Shown piece by piece: positions 21,075 to 30,831 of a DNA stretch of 64,000 nt. Origin of the DNA: an uncultured Flavobacteriales bacterium. Lineage in GTDB: Bacteria > Bacteroidota > Bacteroidia > Flavobacteriales > BACL11. Position numbers and translations under genes: made by a program. Location: positions 1,325,701 to 1,389,700 of the forward strand of contig CALSQD010000002.1 of NCBI GenBank assembly GCA_943788405.1, written 5' to 3'. The notes below the pieces were generated by a model that did no database searches, had not been told where the DNA came from, and saw nothing but the letters and a program-made list of their open reading frames with translations. The stretch's first letter is position 1, and each line of letters opens with the position of its first letter.

Positions 21075-24029
21075 TTAAGCTTTATTTCTAATTTTTGTTT
21101 GATAGAACACTGACGGGTCAGTATTTAAGTGTTCTAATAATGCATATGATCTTGTATCTTTTTTCATAGCTTGTACTTGATGAGTATCATCATTCACATC
21201 ACCAAATACAATTGCATTAGTAGGACAAGCTGATGAACAAGCCGTTTGAGCATCTGCATCAGCTACTCTTGTTCCTGCTTTTTTAGCATCCAATTTAATT
21301 TCTTGAATTTTTTGGATACACATACTACATTTTTCAATAACTCCTCTTGAGCGAACAACAACATCAGGATTCAATACCATTTTACCATGGTCATCATTCA
21401 TGTTGAAATCAAACTTATCATTATCAGAATATTGGAACCAGTTGAAACGCCTTACTTTATAAGGACAGTTATTTGCACAATATCTAGTACCTACACATCT
21501 ATTGTAAGCCATGTGATTTTGTCCTTCAGAACCGTGTGAAGTTGCCGCAACAGGACAAACAGTTTCACAAGGAGCATGATTACAATGTTGGCACATTACT
21601 GGTTGGAAAACAGTTTCAGGGTTTCCTGATGGCTCTTCCATTTCAGCATACATAGTAATAGCAGAAATCTTTTCTTCTGCTGATAATTCCTTAGTCATAT
21701 CAGAAGAGAAATAACGGTCAATACGCAACCAGTGCATATCTCTTGATTTTCTTACTTCTTCTTTACCTACAACAGGAACATTATTTTCAGCATGACAAGA
21801 AATTACACAAGCTGAACAACCAATACAAGAAGTTAAGTCAATTGACATATTCCAGAAGTGTCCAGTTGAATGATCAAATTCATCCCATAAAGTTACCTCA
21901 GAAGCAGGTTTAAATCCATCATGAGTAGCATAAGTTACTTGATGATTTCCAGCATAAGGATCATTAATAAAGTCAGCAAGAGTAGTTTCCTTTACAATAT
22001 CTCTCCCCATCATAGTATGATGCAATTGAGTAGCTGCAAATTCATATTCTCCACCTACAACCTCAAGTGTAGCTGTACCGTTTCCTAATGTAAATGCATT
22101 AAATCCGATTCCATCACCACATTTTCCTGCTGCTGTTCTACCATAACCAACTGCCATAGCAACAGTACCAACTGCTTGCCCTGGCTGAATCATTACAGGA
22201 ACATTATTATAAGTAGTTCCATTTACAGTAATGTTTACCATATTACCATTTAAGGCACCATTAGAAACATTCCAGTTTGTAATTCCTAAATCACGAGCTG
22301 TAGAAGCCGACATAGTTAAGTAATTATCCCAACATGCTCTTGAAAGAGGATCAGGTAATTCTTGTAACCAAGGATTGTTAGATTGAGAACCATCTCCCAT
22401 TGAGATTTTCTCAGTCATTTCAAACTCAATACCATCTGCTTTTCCTAAATCAAAAGAAGGAACAGCAACTGCAAATGAACTTACAGTTGAAGCAGCTTGA
22501 TTTTGTGTAAAGTATCCATCATGTACTGATTTATTCCAGTCAATAGATGAATATGTATTTTGTAAATAAGTATGATAATCAGATTTCCCCATCCAAGCCA
22601 TCATGCTTTCTTGGAATTGACGACCTTTAAACAAAGGAGAAATTGTAGGTTGCATTAAAGTATACACTCCATTAGATGGATTTGCATCCCCCCAACTTTC
22701 TAAGTTATGATTATCAGGACAAGCATACATCATTTTTGCAGCTGACTCATCATTATATAAAGAAGTAGAAATTGTTAAGCCTACTTTTGCTAAACCTGCA
22801 TTATATGCAGCAGCATTTTGCAAAGTATAACTTGGGTTTACATTATAAGTAATTAATGCAGCAATTTTCCCAGCATTCATTTCCTCAAGTAAAGCAGCAA
22901 CCTCAGCATCATTCCCTTGCTTTAAGTAAGAAGGGTTAGACAATGACATTGTGTTTTCATAATTTCCTAATTTGTTGTTAATAGCATTTACTAAAGTTTG
23001 CACCTGAGCATCATTACTATTACAAACAACAATTGATTTACCTGCATTGTTAGCCAAGTCATTCGCCATTTTAGCAATTCTGCTATCAGCAGTACCACCA
23101 TTCAATGCACTATATAAGTTGGATAATAAACCAGCTTGTTCTGATGGCTTAATCTGTACTCTATCATCAGCATTAGAACCTGTAAGACTTAAAGTAGATT
23201 CTACTTGATAATGTTTTGCCATTTTCCCATTTTTAGGATTACGAGCAGTAACATATTGTTTTGCATGATCAGTACTTAACCAGTTTCCTAAAAAGTCAGC
23301 TCCAAAAGAAACGATAACCTCAGCTTTATCAAAACTATAAGTTGGCAATACTCTTACTCCAAATGAAGCTTCATTAGCATCCAACATTCCGCTATAAGAA
23401 ACTGCATCCATTTGTATATGAGATACATTACCGTAAGCAGCAGAAAAATCAGCAATTAATTGTTTTGTAGAAGGACTTAATATTGTAGAAGATAGAATAG
23501 CAATTTTTCCACCATTCTCTTTAATCTCATTTAACTTTGCAATGATTTCAGCATCAGCAGTACTCCAATCCGTATCCACTCCACCTTTCATAGGGTTTTT
23601 TAACCTTGATGAATCATACAATGAAAGAACAGAAGCTTGAATTCTTGCATTAGTTGCTGATTTGTTTGCGTCAATCTTAATAGGACGACCCTCTCTTGTT
23701 TTTACTAAAACAGATGCGTAATCGTGCCCATCATACATAGTAGTTGCATAATAATTAGCAACACCAGGAGTAATTTCTTCTGGCTTTATTACATAAGGAA
23801 TTGCTTTATTAATAGGCGTTTCACAAGCAGCTAAAGTTGCTGCTGCAGTACTAAATCCTAAAAACTTTAAGAAATCTCTTCTTGATGTTGAACTAGCAGG
23901 TAATTCCTTATCTCCTAAAAATTCATCAACAGGAATTTCTTCAACAAATTCATTTTGTTTTAGCTTGTCAACTAACGGATCGTTATTTAGCTCGGCTAAA
24001 CCTTTCCAATATTTTTTTGCTTTTGTCAT
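21075..24029 (-). CDS. actB: Alternative Complex III Fe-S subunit ActB (molybdopterin-oxidoreductase-like domain fused to a 4Fe-4S domain)
   Basis: 984 aa. It has a Tat signal (SRRDFLKFLGFSTAAATLAAC). The C-terminal ferredoxin-like cluster motifs are CIGCSACVISC, CQHCNHAPCETVCP and CVGTRYCANNCP. Confidence 0.9.
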   Translation of the reverse strand: MTKAKKYWKGLAELNNDPLVDKLKQNEFVEEIPVDEFLGDKELPASSTSRRDFLKFLGFSTAAATLAACETPINKAIPYVIKPEEITPGVANYYATTMYDGHDYASVLVKTREGRPIKIDANKSATNARIQASVLSLYDSSRLKNPMKGGVDTDWSTADAEIIAKLNEIKENGGKIAILSSTILSPSTKQLIADFSAAYGNVSHIQMDAVSYSGMLDANEASFGVRVLPTYSFDKAEVIVSFGADFLGNWLSTDHAKQYVTARNPKNGKMAKHYQVESTLSLTGSNADDRVQIKPSEQAGLLSNLYSALNGGTADSRIAKMANDLANNAGKSIVVCNSNDAQVQTLVNAINNKLGNYENTMSLSNPSYLKQGNDAEVAALLEEMNAGKIAALITYNVNPSYTLQNAAAYNAGLAKVGLTISTSLYNDESAAKMMYACPDNHNLESWGDANPSNGVYTLMQPTISPLFKGRQFQESMMAWMGKSDYHTYLQNTYSSIDWNKSVHDGYFTQNQAASTVSSFAVAVPSFDLGKADGIEFEMTEKISMGDGSQSNNPWLQELPDPLSRACWDNYLTMSASTARDLGITNWNVSNGALNGNMVNITVNGTTYNNVPVMIQPGQAVGTVAMAVGYGRTAAGKCGDGIGFNAFTLGNGTATLEVVGGEYEFAATQLHHTMMGRDIVKETTLADFINDPYAGNHQVTYATHDGFKPASEVTLWDEFDHSTGHFWNMSIDLTSCIGCSACVISCHAENNVPVVGKEEVRKSRDMHWLRIDRYFSSDMTKELSAEEKISAITMYAEMEEPSGNPETVFQPVMCQHCNHAPCETVCPVAATSHGSEGQNHMAYNRCVGTRYCANNCPYKVRRFNWFQYSDNDKFDFNMNDDHGKMVLNPDVVVRSRGVIEKCSMCIQKIQEIKLDAKKAGTRVADADAQTACSSACPTNAIVFGDVNDDTHQVQAMKKDTRSYALLEHLNTDPSVFYQTKIRNKA

Positions 24030-24060
24030 TTTATATAGAAATTAAAATCTAAATCTTTTA

Positions 24061-25275
24061 TTAATAATGGCACTTACCACATTCCAAACCACCCATTTTA
24101 TCTACAGTGATTTTTTCACCTGCATACTTTTCCTTCATTTTTTCATGCATCTGAGTGTAGTAATCATTTCCTTCCATCTTTACTTCAGTTTCTCTATGAC
24201 ACTCAATACACCAGCCCATAGTTAATTCTGATTCTTGTTTCACCACATCCATCTCCTCAATAGCACCATGACATTCTTGACATTCCAACTGACCAACAGT
24301 AACGTGTTGAGAGTGATTAAAATAAGCTAAATCAGGCAAGTTATGAATCTTAACCCACTCAATTGGTTTTTGTTCGTAACCCTCAATATAAGTTCTTGTT
24401 TCAGGGTCATAACCAATAGCATCATAAATCTTTTGGATTTCAGTAGTGCCAGTTGTAGTTCCTGAAACAATACTAGCATGACAATTCATGCAAATATTTG
24501 CAGAAGGTATTGCTGAATGTTTTGATGTACGAGCTGATGTATGACAGTAATTACAATCGATACTATTGTCACCAGCATGAATTTTGTGTGAGAAAGCAAT
24601 CGGTTGGACTGGTTGATAGTTGGTAGTTACACCAACTCCCATCATAGCATCAAAAGCAAACTTCAATACGACAATCATAATGAATAAACCAACAAATAAC
24701 TTATTGATATTGTTTGCTAAAAATAATTCAGTTTGATTTTTTAAAGTTTCAGGAACTGTTTCTGTTTCTTGCCCTAAACTTTCTTTTAAGCTATTTTTTA
24801 CTGATGTAAGAATGAATACTAGCGTTAATAAAACTAAGGCAACAATCATCATTTGAGTAGAACCACTCATCCCTTTATCATGTTCTGTTGCGCCAGCAGC
24901 TGAAGCCACTTGCACCTCTTCAACAGGAGGGTTTTCCAAATAAACCAATAATGCAGCCATGTCCTCATCCGAAAAATAAAAATCAGTCATTACTGATTTA
25001 TTGTATTCTTCAAAGATTGCAATTGCATCAGCATCACCAGAAGCAATAAGTTCTGACGAACTATTAATCCATTTTTTTAACCAATCTTTTGTTCTTTTTT
25101 CAGTTATCCCTTGCAAATCAGGACCTACCAATCTACCTCCACCAATCATATGACAAGCTGTACAGTTTGCTTTATAAATTTGCGCACCATCAGGCTGAGC
25201 AGAAGTTTGGAATGAGAAAGTGAATACAACTGCTAGAAGTAAAATGCAGCTTTTAAAGTTATTAATTCGAATCAT
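24061..25275 (-). CDS. actA: Alternative Complex III multihaem cytochrome c ActA (N-terminal class-I cytochrome c domain, TM helix and pentahaem domain)
   Basis: It has six CxxCH motifs: CTACH, CNYCH, CMNCH, CQECH, CIECH and CGKCH. I place the start at ATG 25275 (MIRINNFKSCILLLAVVF...). The 15 extra codons of the ORF-track start (TTG 25320) contain a TAAATTTG -7 promoter box. Confidence 0.85.
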   Translation of the reverse strand: MIRINNFKSCILLLAVVFTFSFQTSAQPDGAQIYKANCTACHMIGGGRLVGPDLQGITEKRTKDWLKKWINSSSELIASGDADAIAIFEEYNKSVMTDFYFSDEDMAALLVYLENPPVEEVQVASAAGATEHDKGMSGSTQMMIVALVLLTLVFILTSVKNSLKESLGQETETVPETLKNQTELFLANNINKLFVGLFIMIVVLKFAFDAMMGVGVTTNYQPVQPIAFSHKIHAGDNSIDCNYCHTSARTSKHSAIPSANICMNCHASIVSGTTTGTTEIQKIYDAIGYDPETRTYIEGYEQKPIEWVKIHNLPDLAYFNHSQHVTVGQLECQECHGAIEEMDVVKQESELTMGWCIECHRETEVKMEGNDYYTQMHEKMKEKYAGEKITVDKMGGLECGKCHY

Positions 25276-25408
25276 GTTAAATATATCTTCAATTTTAGGT
25301 TGCAAATTTATATTTTTCAACCTATAGAAACATGACGAATATCAACTATTCTTTTAATTTATATTTATTCTAAATAAACAATACAATACTAGAGATAAAC
25401 AAAGTAAA

Positions 25409-25663
25409 TTATAAAGATGAGATTTCTACAACCTCTTTTACTTGAGGCACAGCACGCTTTACCACAACCTCAACACCATTTTTAAGGGTCATCATACTAA
25501 TGTTACAACTACTGCACGCACCAACTAATTTTACCTTAACCACCCACTCATCAGTAAGTTCAATAAAATTAATATCCCCACCATCAGCCTCTAAGAATGG
25601 TCTGATTTCTTGCAAAGCAGCTTCAATTTTATCTAGTATCGTTATATCTGTTATTATTCCCAT
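25409..25663 (-). CDS. NifU-like Fe-S cluster assembly domain protein
   Basis: It has the NifU C-terminal-domain pattern IRPFLEADGGDI...GACSSC...TLKNGVE. ATG 25663 is preferred over GTG 25681 because it starts 2 nt after the mrp stop. Confidence 0.85.
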   Translation of the reverse strand: MGIITDITILDKIEAALQEIRPFLEADGGDINFIELTDEWVVKVKLVGACSSCNISMMTLKNGVEVVVKRAVPQVKEVVEISSL

Positions 25664-25665
25664 AA

Positions 25666-26790
25666 TTATTTTGTTGAGCACCCTTTTGAGTTCGTTAATT
25701 CCACCGCTTTTGTTGGTGCTAAAGTAGTATTTCTTTTTTCAATAGCTGTTACTACATTTTTTGCCATATTCAAAAGTTCAATTGCAATAGGCGTAGCCCC
25801 TTGCAATACAGCTGGCCTACCTGCATCAGCTGCCTCACGAACAGACTGAACGATAGGGATTTCAGCCAACAAATCAATTTCCATTTGCTCGGCTAATCCT
25901 TTTGCCCCTTCTTTTCCAAAGATATAATATTTATTATCTGGCAATTCTTCAGGAGTAAAATAGGCCATGTTTTCCACCATCCCCAAAACAGGAACATCAA
26001 TGCTGTCCATACGGAACATATTTACTCCTTTTTTAGCATCAGCCAAAGCGATATTTTGAGGCGTACTTACCACCAAAGCACCCGTTAAGGGAATGGACTG
26101 CACTAAAGATAAGTGAATATCACCTGTACCTGGAGGAAGATCCACCACCAAATAATCCAACTCACCCCAATGAGTATCCCACAATAATTGATTTAATGCT
26201 TTGGAAGCCATAGGCCCTCTCCAAACTACTGCCTGCTGACTTTGCGCAAAAAAGCCAATGGAAAGCAACTTAACTCCATAGCTTTCCAAGGGTTTTATTT
26301 TTGACTTTCCATCTACATTAACAGTACTAGGGGTTGCTCCTTCCAAACCAAACATGATGTGCATTGACGGCCCATAAATATCAGCATCAATAACCCCCAC
26401 TTTATATCCTAAATCAGAAAGACCAACAGCCAAATTAGCTGCAATGGTTGATTTACCAACCCCCCCTTTACCTGAAGAAACTGCTATAATATTTTTAACC
26501 CCTGGAATAGGATTTCCTTTTATTTGAGTTTCTTTAGCAGGAGCATTAACAATAAGGTTTACTTTAACTTTTGATTTTTCATAAGCATGATCGTGTATAG
26601 CTTTCATGCAATCCACCTCCACCTTTTTTTTGTACTGTAAAGTAGGGTTTTTAATCTCAACATCTAGCTCAACATCAGTACCAAATATTTGAATATTTTT
26701 TACTGCACCTAAAGAAATAATATCCTCTTTTTGATCAGGAAAAAAAACATGTTGTAGTGCAGAAATAACTACTTCTTTAGTTAACTTCAT
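25666..26790 (-). CDS. apbC: Mrp/ApbC-family Fe-S cluster carrier ATPase
   Basis: 374 aa. It has an N-terminal DUF59-like domain, a deviant Walker A motif (SGKGGVGKST) and a ParA/MinD fold. Confidence 0.9.
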   Translation of the reverse strand: MKLTKEVVISALQHVFFPDQKEDIISLGAVKNIQIFGTDVELDVEIKNPTLQYKKKVEVDCMKAIHDHAYEKSKVKVNLIVNAPAKETQIKGNPIPGVKNIIAVSSGKGGVGKSTIAANLAVGLSDLGYKVGVIDADIYGPSMHIMFGLEGATPSTVNVDGKSKIKPLESYGVKLLSIGFFAQSQQAVVWRGPMASKALNQLLWDTHWGELDYLVVDLPPGTGDIHLSLVQSIPLTGALVVSTPQNIALADAKKGVNMFRMDSIDVPVLGMVENMAYFTPEELPDNKYYIFGKEGAKGLAEQMEIDLLAEIPIVQSVREAADAGRPAVLQGATPIAIELLNMAKNVVTAIEKRNTTLAPTKAVELTNSKGCSTK

Positions 26791-26870
26791 TTTATAAATT
26801 TAAGAGTGCAAAGATAAGGAGTTAGATTTTAGTATTTAGTATTTAGATGTGAGATTTTGAGATGAGAAAT

Positions 26871-27188
26871 CTAACAATTATCTTTTGGCTCCCACAAGTA
26901 TTTTTCCAAATCAATAATTTGGTTGTTTTTAATAAGCAACCCTTCATTTTCCAATAATTGTTGCATAAGGGTAATTCCCTCAAAATGTATTTTACCAGTC
27001 AGTAGTCCTTTTTGATTTACCACCCTATGGGCTGACACATCACTTGGGCATTTATTTAAAGCCCAACCAACCATTCTTGCTGATTTAGCACTGCCCAAAT
27101 ATTTACCAATTGCACCATAAGTACTTACTTTTCCTTCAGGAATCTGGCGAACAATAGCATATACTTTATGAAAGAAATTGTCCTCCAC
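26871..27188 (-). CDS. MGMT-family DNA-binding protein lacking the acceptor cysteine (alkyltransferase-like, ATL-type)
   Basis: 105 aa. It has the IPEGKVSTYGAIG helix-turn-helix region. The PCHRV active-site position reads SAHRVV, with Ala in place of Cys. The GTG start overlaps the trmB stop by 1 nt. Confidence 0.7.
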   Translation of the reverse strand: MEDNFFHKVYAIVRQIPEGKVSTYGAIGKYLGSAKSARMVGWALNKCPSDVSAHRVVNQKGLLTGKIHFEGITLMQQLLENEGLLIKNNQIIDLEKYLWEPKDNC

Positions 27189-27856
27189 TAACCCCTTAAC
27201 CTAAACCTTAAATAAGTAATTGGCAAACCTCTATCCAAATAAATTTGTTCGTAATGCGTTTTAATTTCCATGTGCTCACGCTTTACTGGGGAAGCATATA
27301 AATCATGGGTGCTATCCTCCAAAATATGATTTTCACCCGTGATAATTCCTAGTGTAAAACCATGTAAAAATTGACTATCTGTTTTTAAATGAATGGGTGC
27401 ATCCTTCTTTAGTATATTACTATATCTTTTCAAAAAATCAGGATGCGTTAAACGCTTAGTTCCTCTTCTTTTTTTCATTTGAGGATCAGGGAAAGTAATC
27501 CATATTTCATCTACTTCATTGGCAGCAAAACAAGCTTCTATCCAATCAATACGGATACGCAAAAAACCTACATTCTTTAAGTTTTTTTCCATAGCATCAG
27601 TTGCTCCTTGCCAAATTCTAGCTCCTTTAATATCAACTCCTAAAAAGTTTTTATTAGGGAATTTTTCAGCCAAACCTACACTATATTCTCCCATACCACA
27701 CCCTAATTCCAACACCAAAGGGTTATCATTCTTAAAAAATTCTTTTTTCCAATTCCCCTTCATTGCATATCCCTTTTCCAACACCTCCAAATCCGGTTGT
27801 TGTACATGAGGGTAATCCTCCATCTGAGCGAACTTTTTTAACTTATTTTTTGCCAA
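27188..27856 (-). CDS. trmB: tRNA (guanine46-N7)-methyltransferase
   Basis: 222 aa. It has the SAM motif VLELGCGMGEY and the conserved ITFPDPQMKKR and HLKTD blocks. Confidence 0.9.
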   Translation of the reverse strand: MAKNKLKKFAQMEDYPHVQQPDLEVLEKGYAMKGNWKKEFFKNDNPLVLELGCGMGEYSVGLAEKFPNKNFLGVDIKGARIWQGATDAMEKNLKNVGFLRIRIDWIEACFAANEVDEIWITFPDPQMKKRRGTKRLTHPDFLKRYSNILKKDAPIHLKTDSQFLHGFTLGIITGENHILEDSTHDLYASPVKREHMEIKTHYEQIYLDRGLPITYLRFRLRG

Positions 27857-27904
27857 AACTTTTATTTTGCTGCAAAAATACTTTGTTTTAAGTATTTTCG
27901 GCCT

Positions 27905-28963
27905 GTGAAAGCAAAAAAACGAATTTTAGTAGCTCCACTAGATTGGGGAATAGGACATGCCACAAGATGTATACCAATAATCAAACAATTGATAGCGCAT
28001 AATTATGAAGTAATTATTGCTGCAGATGGCAGGCCATTGCACCTTTTAAGTACAGAGTTCCCTAACTTGGAAATGGTGCGTTTTGCAGGGTACAATATTA
28101 AATATCCTACCTATTTACCCATGAGCATAAGTATGCTTATGCAAACTCCAAAACTTTTGTGGAGCATAAAAAAAGAAAATACTGCCCTTGCTGAAATAAT
28201 TAACGATTATAATATTGATGGCGTAATTTCTGATAATCGTTTTGGATTATATTCCAAACAAGTGCCGTGTATTTTTATTACCCACCAATTACAAATACAA
28301 AGTCCTTATCTTAAAGAAACTATTCAGGATTTCAACTATAAATACATCAACAAGTATTCTGCTTGCTGGGTAATGGATGATGAAAAAAATAATTTAGCAG
28401 GCAAACTTTCCAAGCCAAATAGCTTGCCCAACAACACTACATATATAGGTGTGCAATCCCGTTTTGAAAAACAAGAAATAGAAAAAAAATATGATTTTCT
28501 AGCTATTGTTTCAGGACCTGAACCCCAAAGAACAATTTTAGAAAAAGGATTGATAAAAGCATTAAAAAACAGGAACGAAAAATCCTTAATTGTACTAGGA
28601 ATGCCAGAGTTAAACACCTCAGAAACTGATGAAAATTTAACGATAAAATCCCACCTAAATGCTAAGGAGCTGAATACTGCTATTGCACAATCCGAACTCA
28701 TTATTTGTAGGCCAGGGTATTCCACAGTTATGGATTTAGCAAAGCTAGAAAAGAAAGCAATTTTTATTCCCACACCAGGACAAACAGAGCAAGAATACTT
28801 AGCCGAGAACTTTAAAAATTCAGGAATTTGCTATGCACAAAAACAAAGTAATTTTAATTTTGAGCTAGCATTAAAAGAAAGTGAAAATTATAAAGGATTT
28901 AGCTTAAATAAGAATCAACCAACTGATTGGAAAAAATTATTTCGCCTTTTTGAGGGTGAATGA
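27905..28963 (+). CDS. GT-B fold glycosyltransferase (MurG/UDP-glycosyltransferase-like)
   Basis: 352 aa. It has the N-terminal LDWGIGHATRCIPI motif and the C-terminal RPGYSTVMDL...IPTPGQTEQEYLA nucleotide-sugar-binding pattern. The start is GTG. Confidence 0.75.
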   Translation: MKAKKRILVAPLDWGIGHATRCIPIIKQLIAHNYEVIIAADGRPLHLLSTEFPNLEMVRFAGYNIKYPTYLPMSISMLMQTPKLLWSIKKENTALAEIINDYNIDGVISDNRFGLYSKQVPCIFITHQLQIQSPYLKETIQDFNYKYINKYSACWVMDDEKNNLAGKLSKPNSLPNNTTYIGVQSRFEKQEIEKKYDFLAIVSGPEPQRTILEKGLIKALKNRNEKSLIVLGMPELNTSETDENLTIKSHLNAKELNTAIAQSELIICRPGYSTVMDLAKLEKKAIFIPTPGQTEQEYLAENFKNSGICYAQKQSNFNFELALKESENYKGFSLNKNQPTDWKKLFRLFEGE

Positions 28964-29923
28964 AAAAGTAGAACCTACCCCAACCGTGCTTCTGATATTT
29001 AAGGTTTGTTTGTGCGATTCTATAATGTGTTTTACAATAGAAAGTCCTAGGCCTGTTCCTCCTTTTTCACGAGAACGGCTACCATCAACCCTATAGAATC
29101 GTTCACATAAACGAGCTAAATGTTGCTGTTCTATTCCAATTCCATCATCCGAAACCTCAACAAGTACGGCATCATCCATATCAAAAAAGCGCACTTTTGT
29201 TAAGCCATTTTCATCACCATATTTTATGGAATTAACCAATAAATTTGTGATTACTTGGTTAATTTTTTGCTCATCAGCAGTAACCAAAATTGACTTATAC
29301 TCCTTATCAAACACTATGCTAATTGCATTCTTTTTTGCCTTGTCCTCTAAGGAATCCATTACAGCACTACAAGTAGCTACAATATCAAATGTTTCAAAAT
29401 TTATTTTTTCCACATTGTTTTCCAAATGGGAAATACGCTCCAAATCTTCCACTATTGAGATCATTCGCTCTACACTTTTTTGAGTACGCAATAAATATTT
29501 TCTGTTGATTTGTTCATCCTCCAAAGCACCCTCCAACAAAGTAAGAATATAGCCCTGAATATTAAAAATTGGGGTTTTTAACTCATGAGAAACATTTCCT
29601 AGAAAATCTCTTCTGAACTGCTCGGTATCTTTAAGGTGCTCCATCTCGGCCTGCCTTTCTCTTAGCCACTTTTTTACATCCTCCTCAGCAGTTTCCAAAT
29701 CAAACTTTTGATGAACATCTAACTTTTGATTTTGGATTGTACGGTACAAAAGCGCTATCCGTTTATGAATGTATTTATTAATTAGCCAATAAGACAAAAA
29801 AGTAATACCGACAAACACTAAAAAAGGATTAACCCAATTTAATTCTGATGAAAAAACCAAAATAAACAAAACAACTAACAGCCCAATAGTTAAGCTTATA
29901 ATATAAGGACTCTTAAACTTCAT
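28937..29923 (-). CDS. Sensor histidine kinase (PhoR-like by context)
   Basis: 328 aa. It has two N-terminal TM helices, the H-box SHELKTPI, and the N and G boxes (NLLVNSIKY, DDGIGI, GGTGLGLSIV). It lies beside an OmpR-type regulator and the pst cluster. Confidence 0.85.
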   Translation of the reverse strand: MKFKSPYIISLTIGLLVVLFILVFSSELNWVNPFLVFVGITFLSYWLINKYIHKRIALLYRTIQNQKLDVHQKFDLETAEEDVKKWLRERQAEMEHLKDTEQFRRDFLGNVSHELKTPIFNIQGYILTLLEGALEDEQINRKYLLRTQKSVERMISIVEDLERISHLENNVEKINFETFDIVATCSAVMDSLEDKAKKNAISIVFDKEYKSILVTADEQKINQVITNLLVNSIKYGDENGLTKVRFFDMDDAVLVEVSDDGIGIEQQHLARLCERFYRVDGSRSREKGGTGLGLSIVKHIIESHKQTLNIRSTVGVGSTFSFTLKKAK

Positions 29924-30594
29924 TATTCGCTTAAGCGGTAACCCACACCTTTAATCGTTTCAATAAAATCGTTTCCTAATTTTTCACGCAATTTTCTAAT
30001 ATGCACATCAATAGTTCTATCTCCAATAAACACATCTGTACCCCAAACTGTATTCATTATTTCATCACGCGTAAATACTTTTCCTATTACTGATGACAAT
30101 AATTGCAAAAGCTCAAATTCCTTTTTAGCACACTTAATTTCAACACCATCCTTAAGCACTTTGTATTTATCTGCATCAATAACAATACCTTTAATAGCCA
30201 CTTTATTTTTTGAAGATGAATCATCTAACCTTCTTAACAATGCATTGACTTTACTTAAAAGAATTTTTGGCTTTACTGGCTTTGTAATATAATCATCAGC
30301 CCCTGCTTCTAACCCAGCAATTTGAGAATAATCCTCAGCCCTTGCCGTTAAAAATGTGATTATTGTTTTACTTAATGCTGGGATTTCTCTAATTTTCTCA
30401 CAAGCCTCAATCCCATCCATATTAGGCATCATAACATCCATTATTATTAAATGAGGATTGTGTTTTTTTGCTTGAGCAATTGCTTGCAAGCCATCTTCAG
30501 CAGTTGTAATTTCAAAACCTTCTTTTTTAAGATTATATCCTACAATCTCTAAAATATCCGGCTCATCATCTACTAATAATATTCTATAACTCAT
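29923..30594 (-). CDS. OmpR/PhoB-family response regulator
   Basis: It has a receiver domain (MSYRILLVDDEPDI...DVMMP) and a winged-helix output domain (TRDEIM...IDVHIRKLREKL...GVGYRL). I place the start at ATG 30594. Confidence 0.9.
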   Translation of the reverse strand: MSYRILLVDDEPDILEIVGYNLKKEGFEITTAEDGLQAIAQAKKHNPHLIIMDVMMPNMDGIEACEKIREIPALSKTIITFLTARAEDYSQIAGLEAGADDYITKPVKPKILLSKVNALLRRLDDSSSKNKVAIKGIVIDADKYKVLKDGVEIKCAKKEFELLQLLSSVIGKVFTRDEIMNTVWGTDVFIGDRTIDVHIRKLREKLGNDFIETIKGVGYRLSE

Positions 30595-30733
30595 GTTGCA
30601 AAAATAAGAACAAAAGAGGAGCAAATTACAGCATACTAATGATTTAACACAAATTTAACATTAAGATAAGTTTTAGCTAAGCTAAAAATCCAAATACTAT
30701 GTTAATATTGCATTATGATTAACAAAACAACTG

Positions 30734-30800
30734 TTTACAATTTCTTAACACTATATTAAAATTAACTTTACGCAACAACCAATAGTTCGTTCTATTTTTG
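30734..30800 (+). promoter_or_regulatory. pstS promoter: four 11-bp-phased Pho-box-like hexamers plus a TATTTTTG -7 box
   Basis: The hexamers are TTTACA (30734), TTAACA (30745), TTAAAA (30756) and TTTACG (30767). TATTTTTG lies at 30793-30800, and the ATG is at 30832. Confidence 0.55.
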
Positions 30801-30831
30801 CCCCATAATTAATCACGAAAATAAAATCAAA

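Noticed and set aside
26821-26875. An inverted repeat GTTAGATTT...AAATCTAAC with an AGTATTT AGTATTT tandem between mrp and the MGMT-like gene.
   Set aside because: The 37-nt loop is too large for a convincing terminator. The tandem has only two short copies. Chance occurrence is plausible in AT-rich intergenic DNA.
28336-28773. A 145-aa minus-strand ORF inside the glycosyltransferase gene. Similar antisense ORFs occur in other genes, for example 9445-9774, 14305-14532, 27519-27809, 35418-35798, 45884-46159, 55135-55485, 58480-58797 and 63058-63336.
   Set aside because: Each lies wholly inside and antisense to, or out of frame with, a longer ORF that has recognisable family motifs. Their compositions are typical of non-coding frames.
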